The notes beneath the pieces are model-generated. The model worked only from the letters and a program-made list of their open reading frames with translations. It was not told the DNA's origin and did not search any database. A stretch of DNA of 64,000 nucleotides from Eubacteriales bacterium (GTDB lineage Bacteria; Bacillota; Clostridia; Oscillospirales; CAG-272), in the NCBI GenBank assembly GCA_045652835.1, contig JAZOLE010000129.1, positions 933-64,932 on the forward strand, in the 5' to 3' direction. The number at the start of each line of letters is the position of its first letter. Within the stretch, counting starts at the first letter, position 1. This document shows positions 45,632-53,611 of this stretch, one piece after another. A program made the translations under genes and the position numbers.

Positions 45632-46162
45632 ATGAAAAAGCCATTTGTCTTGTTCACTATAATTGCATCTGCGATCATTGCACTGATTATGATTTTCTCC
45701 ACTATTTGGTCAGTTGAGAAAAACACCATACCGGATACCAACGGTACAGAAAATTTTGCACTTGCCACCATAACCATAGAGCAAATTGTCAATAAAGAGC
45801 TCGGGTCTTACCAAAAACTCTCGGGTTGCAAAGGCACGGGAGAGCAAACCAACGTGCGCGACAACAGAAAAGAATACGACTACACGAAAATGAGCGCGTA
45901 TGCCAAGTCATTCTCCGGCGTAGACGAGTTGCAGGTTACCATCACCAAGCATAACGTACTCACGTTGGATATTGAAAGCACGGTCACGTCGGGCAATTAC
46001 GCCATCATCATTCTGATTGACGGTGAGTTGCACAGCGAGGTGCCGATCAATCAAAGCACACAAATCACGCTGACCGACATTGCAAACAAAACCGTGATTG
46101 TTCGTATGGCAGGAGAATCTGCCGAGTATGATGCAGTCGTCACCCGCGTCTTTGGCAAGTAA
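45632..46162 (+). CDS. membrane-anchored paralogue of 44616-45075
   Basis: AGGAG RBS. N-terminal TM anchor. Homologous body. Confidence 0.6.
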   Translation: MKKPFVLFTIIASAIIALIMIFSTIWSVEKNTIPDTNGTENFALATITIEQIVNKELGSYQKLSGCKGTGEQTNVRDNRKEYDYTKMSAYAKSFSGVDELQVTITKHNVLTLDIESTVTSGNYAIIILIDGELHSEVPINQSTQITLTDIANKTVIVRMAGESAEYDAVVTRVFGK

Positions 46163-46193
46163 CAAGTAAAAAGGCGAAGAGATAAAAACAGAT

Positions 46194-46526
46194 ATGGATG
46201 ACTTATTGGAACTCTTATTAGATATTTTCATAGGCATTTTCGCGGATAGTCCAAGTGCAGAAAAGTTGTTCTTGAATTGTTCCCTGTACCCGTTTTTCCC
46301 TAAAAAAGAACGTTCGGAAGAGATGGATGGGTTTCTGCGATTTGTCGGCTACATACCTGCATTTATTGCCCTGCTTGCCATGCTCTCCCCGATCTTTTAC
46401 ATCATTGTAAGCCTTGACCTTGATTTTTCGCGAAACACACTCATCGGTTGTTGCATTGCGGCAGCCATTGGTCTGTTGTATATCATTGCAGTCGTTGTGA
46501 GCAATTTGATTATAAACCGAAAGTGA
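46194..46526 (+). CDS. small membrane protein, unknown function
   Basis: 110 aa, two TM helices. Preceded by a 22-nt copy of the 3' end of the Zn-ribbon gene. Confidence 0.45.
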   Translation: MDDLLELLLDIFIGIFADSPSAEKLFLNCSLYPFFPKKERSEEMDGFLRFVGYIPAFIALLAMLSPIFYIIVSLDLDFSRNTLIGCCIAAAIGLLYIIAVVVSNLIINRK

Positions 46527-46542
46527 CGTCATCCAAAAACAG

Positions 46543-46573
46543 CGCCACCCCATACGGGGTGGCGTTGTTTTTA
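46543..46573 (+). terminator. intrinsic terminator closing the plus-strand cluster
   Basis: CGCCACCCC-atac-GGGGTGGCG followed by a T-run. Confidence 0.8.
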
Positions 46574-46616
46574 TTGAGTTTGCGCCCAACGAGGAGGAGC
46601 AAACTAACTTAAAAAA

Positions 46617-46642
46617 AGAGCCTTCCCTTTCGGGAAAGCTCT
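46617..46642 (-). terminator. terminator of the MarR-DUF368-pssA operon
   Basis: AGAGC.TTCCC-tttc-GGGAA.GCTCT with flanking A and T runs. Confidence 0.7.
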
Positions 46643-46649
46643 TTTACTT

Positions 46650-47261
46650 TTACTCTTGCGTCTTCTTTTTCTTTTCTGCGAGCTTGCGGAACAGCTTGGC
46701 GATATCCAACTTGGGCACGCGCACGTCGGTGATAAACATCAGACCCACGACCACGGGAAGGACGTGATAGATCACGTTCATGACGTTGCCGGGCAGGACA
46801 AGGTCAACCAAAAAGCAGGCAGGCATGATGATGGCAGCCGTGGTGACAGGCAAGCCGCGGTAGGATTTGGCGCAGCCGCCCTCGTTTTGCTGGCGTTTGG
46901 TCTCCAGCACGTTGAAGAACGCCAAGCGAATGACCGCGCACAGCACGTAAAACGCCAGGAACGCAACGCCCCAAACCTCGTCTACGCCGCAAAAATACAG
47001 AATGATTGCGGGTACGACGCCAAAGCACACCACGTCGCAAAGAGAATCCAGCTGAATACCAAAATTCTTCTCGTCCTGCGTTCTGTTCTTCTTGGTACGC
47101 GCCACAACGCCGTCAAACATATCGCAAATGCCCGAAATACCCACGCACAAAATCGCCCACATGATCTCGCCGCTAAAGGCAAGCTTGATGCCGACAATGC
47201 CCGAGATCAGGCTCATGTAGGTTAAAATAACCGTATAATCGTATACACCTATGAATTTCAT
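46650..47261 (-). CDS. pssA: CDP-diacylglycerol--serine O-phosphatidyltransferase (CDP-alcohol phosphatidyltransferase family)
   Basis: DMFDGVVAR...GIQLDSLCD motif. GGAGAAAGG RBS before ATG at 47261. Confidence 0.8.
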   Translation of the reverse strand: MKFIGVYDYTVILTYMSLISGIVGIKLAFSGEIMWAILCVGISGICDMFDGVVARTKKNRTQDEKNFGIQLDSLCDVVCFGVVPAIILYFCGVDEVWGVAFLAFYVLCAVIRLAFFNVLETKRQQNEGGCAKSYRGLPVTTAAIIMPACFLVDLVLPGNVMNVIYHVLPVVVGLMFITDVRVPKLDIAKLFRKLAEKKKKTQE

Positions 47262-47262
47262 G

Positions 47263-48108
47263 TTATTCGCCTTTCTCCGAAATGGATTTTTCTTGCTTGC
47301 GCTGCGCAATATCCATGCCGCGCGCTACGATAAAGCCGAGCACGAAGCAGATAAGGGATATGGCCAGCAGCCAAGCGGAATCAAATTTTGCAGGAACGAT
47401 TTTGATCGAGGATGCCACCACAAAGCCAAGCACAACGCGTGAAGTGACGGCATAATGCTTCTTATACAGCATATTGACCAGCCTTGCAAGCGCAAGCGCG
47501 GTCACAGCGATACCAAGCAGCATGGGGATCAGCACGCGCATATCCAGCGAACCGATGCCCGCGGTCATGGGCTCGTAAAGCCCAAAGCAGATCAGAATCG
47601 AGGACGAGCTAAGTCCGGGCACGATGGTGGAAAGTCCCCACAAAAAGCCGCAGAACAAAAAGCTGCCAAACGAGGGCGGAATGGTAATGCCCGACATATT
47701 CTCAAGCAGATGGAAGAACAAGAACGCCAAGGACAGCGACACCACAAAGGGCGTCCAGCTTTTTTTGGCGTCACTTTGCTCGGAGACCTTGAAAAGCTCG
47801 GGCAGCGTGCCGCAAATCAAGCCGAAAAACAGCATGAGTGCCACGGGTGCGCAAGCGTTAAACAAAATCTCCACGCCCTTTGCAAGCAGCAAAAAGCCTA
47901 CGATCCAGCCGATTCCGAACGGGATAAACATGCGGTAATGCTTTTTGATAGCGGGTACGGGGGTGGTGAGCAGCTCCATCATAGGCTCATACACGCCAAA
48001 AGCCACACTGAGCACGCCGCCGCTGACACCGGGCAGGATTGCACCCACGCCAACGATCGCTCCCTCTATAAAGTCTACGATGCTTTGTAGGATACCGTTA
48101 CGCTTCAT
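47263..48108 (-). CDS. DUF368-family membrane protein (family linked to undecaprenyl-phosphate recycling)
   Basis: GAILPGVSGGVLSVAFGVYEP and a second PGLSSSS half-repeat. GAGGAG RBS before ATG at 48108. Confidence 0.75.
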   Translation of the reverse strand: MKRNGILQSIVDFIEGAIVGVGAILPGVSGGVLSVAFGVYEPMMELLTTPVPAIKKHYRMFIPFGIGWIVGFLLLAKGVEILFNACAPVALMLFFGLICGTLPELFKVSEQSDAKKSWTPFVVSLSLAFLFFHLLENMSGITIPPSFGSFLFCGFLWGLSTIVPGLSSSSILICFGLYEPMTAGIGSLDMRVLIPMLLGIAVTALALARLVNMLYKKHYAVTSRVVLGFVVASSIKIVPAKFDSAWLLAISLICFVLGFIVARGMDIAQRKQEKSISEKGE

Positions 48109-48541
48109 GCAGTTCTCCTCGCATCGCATCAATGTATTTGCCAAAAATCTGCGTCAGCAGCATCAGCTCCTCGGACGGAATTTTTGCAAATGCCTTTTGC
48201 TCTGCCTTGGTGACAGGCCCCACGATCTCCTCACCGCGGCGTCTGCCCTCCTCGGTCAGGCGCACGATCTTATGGTTACGTGTACCCGGAATGACCTCAA
48301 GGTAAGCAAATTTTTTCAGGCGCATGCCCGTAATGACCGTATTGACCGTTTGCTTGGGCAGCGACCACATGGCACAAATGTCCTGCTGCGTGTGCTCCCC
48401 TTGCACGGCAACCAGCGTATACCAAATCCAGAATTCGCTTTCGGATATGGCAAGGTGCTTGATCGCGCCGCGATAAACACCCACCAGCTCCTTGATCTGC
48501 TGGATGATCGGGCTGCCCTGCTCTGTATAGTTTTGATCCAT
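48098..48541 (-). CDS. MarR-family transcriptional regulator
   Basis: wHTH segment QQDICAMWSLPKQTVNTVITGM...RNHKIVRLTEEG. Confidence 0.82.
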   Translation of the reverse strand: MDQNYTEQGSPIIQQIKELVGVYRGAIKHLAISESEFWIWYTLVAVQGEHTQQDICAMWSLPKQTVNTVITGMRLKKFAYLEVIPGTRNHKIVRLTEEGRRRGEEIVGPVTKAEQKAFAKIPSEELMLLTQIFGKYIDAMRGELHEA

Positions 48542-48555
48542 ATTACCTCCAAAGA

Positions 48556-48609
48556 GTCCTATATCGTACTCTACGCTAATATTATAGTCCTATTTCGTAC
48601 TCTTGTCAA
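48556..48609 (-). promoter_or_regulatory. sigma-A promoter with two 17-bp direct-repeat operator candidates
   Basis: The reverse complement reads TTGACA-17-TATAAT (48581-48609). AGAGTACGAAATAGGAC fills the spacer (48587-48603). AGAGTACGATATAGGAC follows the -10 (48556-48572). Confidence 0.6.
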
Positions 48610-48644
48610 TAGATTTTTCGGATTTTTTGGGGAAAATCGCAGGG

Positions 48645-48680
48645 CAAAAAAACGCGACACCCCGTAATGGGATATCGCGT
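48645..48680 (-). terminator. terminator of the MerR-like gene
   Basis: ACGCGA..CCC-gtaa-GGG..TCGCGT with A7 and T7 flanks. Confidence 0.65.
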
Positions 48681-48684
48681 TTTT

Positions 48685-49614
48685 TTAATATTCCAGCGAT
48701 CGCTCGTACAAATAATCCTTAACGCCACAGTCAAACCACAGCATGTACACGCATAAGAGGTCGAGCAGCAGTGCACCGAGCAGCAAAGCCGTGATCAAGA
48801 TGCCTTGCGCAATGGGCATGGTGTGTACGATGGTTTGCGTCGTGCCGTCCATTGCCGTGATGGTCTCGGTGTACAGATACGTATCCGGAAAATACTTAGG
48901 CATCTGCATTGCCCCCACAAAGGCGGCAAGCACGTGACGCACGATGATGACCACTCGCGCCCAAGTCGCACCGCGAAACAAAAATACGGTCAGCAGCACA
49001 AACACGGCAATACCGATCAGCCCGGGAAGGATTGAGCCGGTACTTGCATACGCCAAGGCGAGGTCAATCAGCGAGATCACACTCATAATCACGGTGTAAA
49101 GGATCAAAAACAGCCTGCCCAATCGTTCGCGCCGCTCCTCCTTTAGGCTGATTTTTTGCATCTCCTCACTATATGCAGGGGCGTGATCTTGTCTTTCGCA
49201 AAACTCTGCAAAGGTTTCGCCCTCGTAAGGCGCCGCACCATGCGCGGTCACTCTTGCCCCCAGCAGCTCGGCAATGTGCTCTGCGTTGATCGTATCGTGC
49301 GCGGAAATCTCGGCAAGCTTATCCTTGGCATTTTCCAAGCGTTGATTTTGCTCGGTGATTCTGCCGCGCCAGCCTGCCAGTACGTCACCGCACTGCTCGG
49401 GCGAGGCAAGCATAAGGGAGATCTCGTCCAGCGTAAAATCGGCATGGCGCAGCCGCGATACCACCGCAAGCTCGCGCAAATTGTGATCCGAAAACTCCAA
49501 GTATTCCCTGCCTCGCTCCCAATGCTTTTCGGGATGCACCAATCCTCTATCGCAATACAATCTCACTGCGCGCTCCGTCAGCCCCGAGCGCGCGCAGATT
49601 TCTTTCATCTTCAT
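48685..49614 (-). CDS. MerR-family HTH regulator fused to a C-terminal multi-TM domain
   Basis: MKMKEICARSGLTERAVRLYCDRGLV (MerR HTH). Four hydrophobic helices in the last ~140 aa. Confidence 0.7.
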   Translation of the reverse strand: MKMKEICARSGLTERAVRLYCDRGLVHPEKHWERGREYLEFSDHNLRELAVVSRLRHADFTLDEISLMLASPEQCGDVLAGWRGRITEQNQRLENAKDKLAEISAHDTINAEHIAELLGARVTAHGAAPYEGETFAEFCERQDHAPAYSEEMQKISLKEERRERLGRLFLILYTVIMSVISLIDLALAYASTGSILPGLIGIAVFVLLTVFLFRGATWARVVIIVRHVLAAFVGAMQMPKYFPDTYLYTETITAMDGTTQTIVHTMPIAQGILITALLLGALLLDLLCVYMLWFDCGVKDYLYERSLEY

Positions 49615-49720
49615 AGGTCGTTCCTTTCAAAAACAAAATGTGAGTGATATCCATCACCCACATTTTACATTCTTACCCAAGGAAAGTTTCAAGGGGTTTG
49701 GCGTATTGTTTACAGAAAAT

Positions 49721-50278
49721 TCATCTTCCCGCGCCTTCGGGGTAGTGTGCGCGGCTGCCGCCCACATATTTGGGGCGCGTGCGTGCGCAAAGCACGCTTG
49801 CCGCACCGATGACGTTCTGCGCAATTCTCACGGGCACTGCCACGTGGCACAGGTGCATACCGATCAGCGTGCCGCCGATGTCCATACCCAGATGCGCCTT
49901 GATATACTCAACCGCAACAGGCTCTTGCATAGCCGCCCATGCAGCGGTTGCAAACGAGCCGCCTGCCTTGGGCTGCGGAAGCACGCAGACCTCGCAAAGT
50001 CCGTAACGCTCGGCACACGCGCGCTCTACGATTAACGCGCGGTTGAGGTGCTCACAGCACTGTGCGGCAAGATACACGTCGCGTGCGGCACAAGCAGATG
50101 CGATAGCATCATAAACCTCGACAGCCACCTCGGGCGCAGATGCATGCCCGATCTGTCCACCCGCGATCTCGGACGAGGAGCAGCCCACAACCATGATCTG
50201 CCCTGCCTTAGCCCCTGCGGCGTCCAGCAGCTGCTCTGCTGCCAAAGCAGCTTGCGCTTTGATCTCTTGCGTTGTCAT
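49721..50278 (-). CDS. TIGR01440/UPF0340 (YwlG-like) protein
   Basis: The MVVGCSSSEIAGGQIG motif is typical of the family. Confidence 0.7.
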   Translation of the reverse strand: MTTQEIKAQAALAAEQLLDAAGAKAGQIMVVGCSSSEIAGGQIGHASAPEVAVEVYDAIASACAARDVYLAAQCCEHLNRALIVERACAERYGLCEVCVLPQPKAGGSFATAAWAAMQEPVAVEYIKAHLGMDIGGTLIGMHLCHVAVPVRIAQNVIGAASVLCARTRPKYVGGSRAHYPEGAGR

Positions 50279-50279
50279 A

Positions 50280-51002
50280 TCAGCCCTCGTAAGCCGCGTG
50301 ATCGCAAATCAGTGTCACGTCAGCGTGCAGATTCAGGAAGGATGCGGGGCAAGAGGTGGTCACAAGTCCCTGCAGCATAGCCGAAACAGCCTCATGCTTG
50401 CCCTTGCCGTTTGCCAAAATGATGATCTTCTTGGCGGACAGGATAGTACCCATGCCCATAGTCAGCGCCAGCGTAGGAACTTCGTCAGCACTTGCAAAGA
50501 AGCGCGCGTTAGCATCCACGGTATCAGCGGTCAGGCTGGTCACGTGGGTTGCAGGGTGCAGAGACTCTGCAGGCTCGTTGAACGCGATGTGGCCGTTTCT
50601 GCCAATACCCAGAATCTGAATATCCGCGCCGCCCAAAGAGCGCACGAATGCTTCATATCTTGCAGCCTCGGCTGCTGCGTCCTCCGCGCTGCCGTTTGGC
50701 ACGTAGGTGTTTGCCTTATCCACGTTGATGTGGTCAAACAGCTTGGTATTCATGAAATAGCGGTAGCTCTGCTCGTTCTCGGGCGAGATGGGATAGTATT
50801 CATCCAAATTCACGGTGGTTACACCGGAAAAATCCAGCTCACCGCGCTGGTACTTGGCAATCAGCTCGGCATAAAGGCCCTCGGGGGTAGATCCCGTAGC
50901 AAGACCCAGCACGCAAGACGGCTTTGCCTTGACAACCTCAGCCACCATATCCGCACCTACGCGCGACATTTCTTGATAATCATTGCAACAAATAATTCTC
51001 AT
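50280..51002 (-). CDS. nagB: glucosamine-6-phosphate deaminase
   Basis: LGLATGSTPEGLY...NLDEY...GIGRNGHIAFNEP. AGGAG RBS before ATG at 51002. Confidence 0.9.
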   Translation of the reverse strand: MRIICCNDYQEMSRVGADMVAEVVKAKPSCVLGLATGSTPEGLYAELIAKYQRGELDFSGVTTVNLDEYYPISPENEQSYRYFMNTKLFDHINVDKANTYVPNGSAEDAAAEAARYEAFVRSLGGADIQILGIGRNGHIAFNEPAESLHPATHVTSLTADTVDANARFFASADEVPTLALTMGMGTILSAKKIIILANGKGKHEAVSAMLQGLVTTSCPASFLNLHADVTLICDHAAYEG

Positions 51003-51029
51003 ATCAATTCTCCTTATCAATGTTTCGGC

Positions 51030-52268
51030 TTACCACTGATCGCTCTCGTCCTCGGGAATGACCTCTTTGACGGCAGCAATGGCGCACTCGATCATGCTGT
51101 CGTCCGGCTCAAGCACGGTAATGTGCTGCAGCCAAACGCCGGGCAGCGAGATCAGGCGGGTGATGATGGTATCATATCTGCCTGCGAGCTTGAGCAGCTC
51201 GTAGCCAATGCCCATAACCAAGGGCAGCAATACTAAGGATATGCCGGTACGTACCAGAGTGGGAAGCACGCTATGAATGGGGGTGAGCACGTTTTTCATG
51301 GTGTCGCCGAAAATAGCAACAAAGGTCGGCTCAATAAAGAACGAAACAAACACGTTGACAAGCACCATCAAGATCAGGAAAGAGGTGCCGCAGCGAGGAT
51401 GGAATCTTTTCTGCTTGCGCACGTTCTCAACGGTCAGGGGCAGTCCTGCCTCGTAACAGAAGATGGTCTTGTGCTCTGCACCGTGATACTGGAAGGTGCG
51501 GCGGATCTCCTTCATCAGCGAAACCGCAGCCATGTAGCCGACTACAATGACGATCTTGAGCAGACCCTCGATCAAAGAACGGATAAACGATTCAAGTGCC
51601 ACGTCCTCGGGTTTCAGCGAGGGCACGAGTCCGACCAGCAGATCATACAGCGCGGTGGGCACAAACTTGAACAGCAAAATGGCAAGACCCAAGCCAAGCA
51701 CAACACCCAGCACCATGACAAGCGTGGTAGTCAGCGACGCGCTGTCAGCCTTTTTCTCTTTCTTTTCGGGAGCGGTGGGTGTGGGAGATTCGGTTTCACG
51801 GGCGGATATAGAATCCGCCCCTACAGGCACCTCGGTTACGGGCGCTTCGGTTTCGCAGACGGATATAGACTCCGCCTCTACGGATTCGGTATCAACGGCG
51901 GATATAGACTCCACCGCTACGGGCTCGCCCTTCTTTGCAGCCTTCTTTGCTGCCTTGGCAGCCTTTTTGGCTTCTTTTTCGCGGCGCATCTCCTCCTCTG
52001 CCTCTTCAAGACCCGAAATCTCGGCAGAGCGCATCAGGCACTTATATCCCTGAATCATGGACATAGCAAAGTTATACACACCACGTACCACGGGAATCTT
52101 GGTGATCACAGGCGTTTTGGTGCTGTTGGCAGAAACCTCCAGCACGATCTCCCCATCGGGATTGCGTACCGCCATGGCGGTCTTTTTAGGACCTCGCATC
52201 ATAATGCCTTCCATCAGCGCCTGACCGCCGATAGAAGTCTTTTTGCAAGGACATTTATCTTTTTTCAT
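51030..52268 (-). CDS. DUF1385-family membrane protein with a ~100-aa low-complexity insert
   Basis: IGGQALMEGIMMRGP N-terminus and HGAEHK motif. Insert reads EEAEEEMRREKEAKKAAKAAKK...VGADSISARETES. Confidence 0.75.
   Translation of the reverse strand: MKKDKCPCKKTSIGGQALMEGIMMRGPKKTAMAVRNPDGEIVLEVSANSTKTPVITKIPVVRGVYNFAMSMIQGYKCLMRSAEISGLEEAEEEMRREKEAKKAAKAAKKAAKKGEPVAVESISAVDTESVEAESISVCETEAPVTEVPVGADSISARETESPTPTAPEKKEKKADSASLTTTLVMVLGVVLGLGLAILLFKFVPTALYDLLVGLVPSLKPEDVALESFIRSLIEGLLKIVIVVGYMAAVSLMKEIRRTFQYHGAEHKTIFCYEAGLPLTVENVRKQKRFHPRCGTSFLILMVLVNVFVSFFIEPTFVAIFGDTMKNVLTPIHSVLPTLVRTGISLVLLPLVMGIGYELLKLAGRYDTIITRLISLPGVWLQHITVLEPDDSMIECAIAAVKEVIPEDESDQW
51790..51925 (-). repeat. three tandem ~39-bp REP-like units lying in frame inside the DUF1385 CDS
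   Basis: Intact unit at 51800-51824 = reverse complement of GTAG-GGGCGGAT-tctat-ATCCGCCC. Eroded units at 51855-51881 and 51896-51920. Confidence 0.75.
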
Positions 52269-52363
52269 AGGAATTCCTCCTTACTTGCACAATATATCAC
52301 ACTACATGATAGCACACGATTATTAACATGATATGAATTATTTGCACCTTTTTCAAATTCAAC

Positions 52364-52392
52364 TTGACTTTCGGAAAAATATGGGATATAAT
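52364..52392 (+). promoter_or_regulatory. sigma-A promoter of yajC
   Basis: TTGACT-17-TATAAT. Confidence 0.65.
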
Positions 52393-52430
52393 AGGTACAT
52401 ATGTGAAAAACCAACAACGGAGGATAAACC

Positions 52431-52748
52431 ATGAATCTTTTTGTAGCAACTGCAAACGAGGGCGGCATTGGTTCTTTGATTCTGCCCATCGCAATGGTCG
52501 CTGTATTCGGCGTGTTCTTTTATTTCTTTATGATCCGCCCCCAGAAAAAGCAGGAAAAAGAAATCAACGATATGCGTAACAACCTGTCCGTAGGTGATGA
52601 GATCACCACCATCGGCGGCATTATCGGCAAGGTTGTCAGCATCAGAGACGAAACCGTTCTGATCGAGACCAGCCATGACCGCACCAAGATCCGCCTGCTC
52701 AAGAGCGCGATCAGCAAGGTTGACGTAAAGGCAGAGGACGCAAAGTAA
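52431..52748 (+). CDS. yajC: preprotein translocase subunit YajC
   Basis: FFMIRPQKKQEKE...GDEITTIGGIIGKV signature. GGAGG RBS. Confidence 0.9.
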   Translation: MNLFVATANEGGIGSLILPIAMVAVFGVFFYFFMIRPQKKQEKEINDMRNNLSVGDEITTIGGIIGKVVSIRDETVLIETSHDRTKIRLLKSAISKVDVKAEDAK

Positions 52749-52838
52749 TCATTTTGCTTCCCCCGGCATAAAAACGGCTCCGCATGCATACAGTATTACC
52801 AAAGCACGGTAATCGTATGAATACGGAGGCGTTTTTTT

Positions 52839-53324
52839 ATGAGCAGATCGGTCATGGGGGCACTGCCCGCACGCACACACAGGACAACGGGCAAGAGCGA
52901 GGAAACAGGCGGCTTTGTGCCTGGGTTGATTATGGGGCTATGCCTTTGCGCGGCTGTGGCGGTGCTCTCTCTTTTGATTGGCGCACTGATTGCATATAAA
53001 AGCAGCGATCCTGATGCGCTGATCGCACCGCTGGGGTTTGGCGCGTTGGTACTTGCCGCGCTTGCGGGTGGATTGGGCGTGGGGCTGCGCTGCAATGCGG
53101 CAATGCTTCCCTGCGCGCTGCTCTGCGGCTGCATTTTCGTGGGCGTGGGGCTGTTTGCAAGCTTGTTTTTCGGTGCAGACGCGCGCCAAGCGCTCACGCT
53201 TGGCCTAGGGCTTGGAGCAAGCCTTGGTATTCGCGCAGGCGTCGTGGCAATCATGTGCGCCTCTGCCGCCTTGACAGCACAAATCAAAAGCAAGCTGCAG
53301 GCAAGACCGCGAAGGAGATCATGA
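52839..53324 (+). CDS. 4-TM membrane protein, unknown function
   Basis: GGAGG RBS, 161 aa, Gly/Ala/Leu-rich helices. Confidence 0.6.
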   Translation: MSRSVMGALPARTHRTTGKSEETGGFVPGLIMGLCLCAAVAVLSLLIGALIAYKSSDPDALIAPLGFGALVLAALAGGLGVGLRCNAAMLPCALLCGCIFVGVGLFASLFFGADARQALTLGLGLGASLGIRAGVVAIMCASAALTAQIKSKLQARPRRRS

Positions 53325-53356
53325 TCAACCGCCACCACACAAACACCTCACTCATA

Positions 53357-53483
53357 AAAGGTTTTGGTCGAGCTTTTTCAAAAGGTCGCGAGTCAAGGGC
53401 GGCGCCCTTGTCGCCTCCGCAGAGGCGAAACATTTTTTCGGCGTTTTTGGTTCTTTTTGCGCCAGCGGTGTCAAAAAGAACGG
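53357..53483 (+). repeat. family-A repeat, copy A5
   Basis: hp1 ~53372-53386, hp2 53394-53410, hp3 53411-53428, hp4 53450-53481. Confidence 0.85.
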
Positions 53484-53574
53484 AAAGAACCTCCTCACAT
53501 AATATCCCATCGGACACGATTTTGCCTTTACTCAAATATTCGCCCGACTTTTTAATCAACCACCCAAGTAAAGC

Positions 53575-53607
53575 AAAAGGACTGCGTCACGCGACGCAGT
53601 CCTTTTG
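53575..53607. terminator. bidirectional terminator
   Basis: GGACTGCGTC-acgc-GACGCAGTCC with AAAA and TTTT flanks. Confidence 0.8.
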
Positions 53608-53611
53608 TAAT

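Noticed and set aside
42980-46526. Reading the small-gene cluster as a defence or toxin-antitoxin system.
   Set aside because: I found no nuclease, ATPase, methylase, reverse-transcriptase, protease or toxin-like motif. All seven products look like envelope proteins or a bare Zn-ribbon. It is reported only as an uncharacterised accessory module.
46575-46612. Hairpin GTTTGC...GCAAAC with a GAGGAGGAG loop between the two convergent terminators.
   Set aside because: It is short and isolated, with no flanking promoter or ORF. It is probably incidental.
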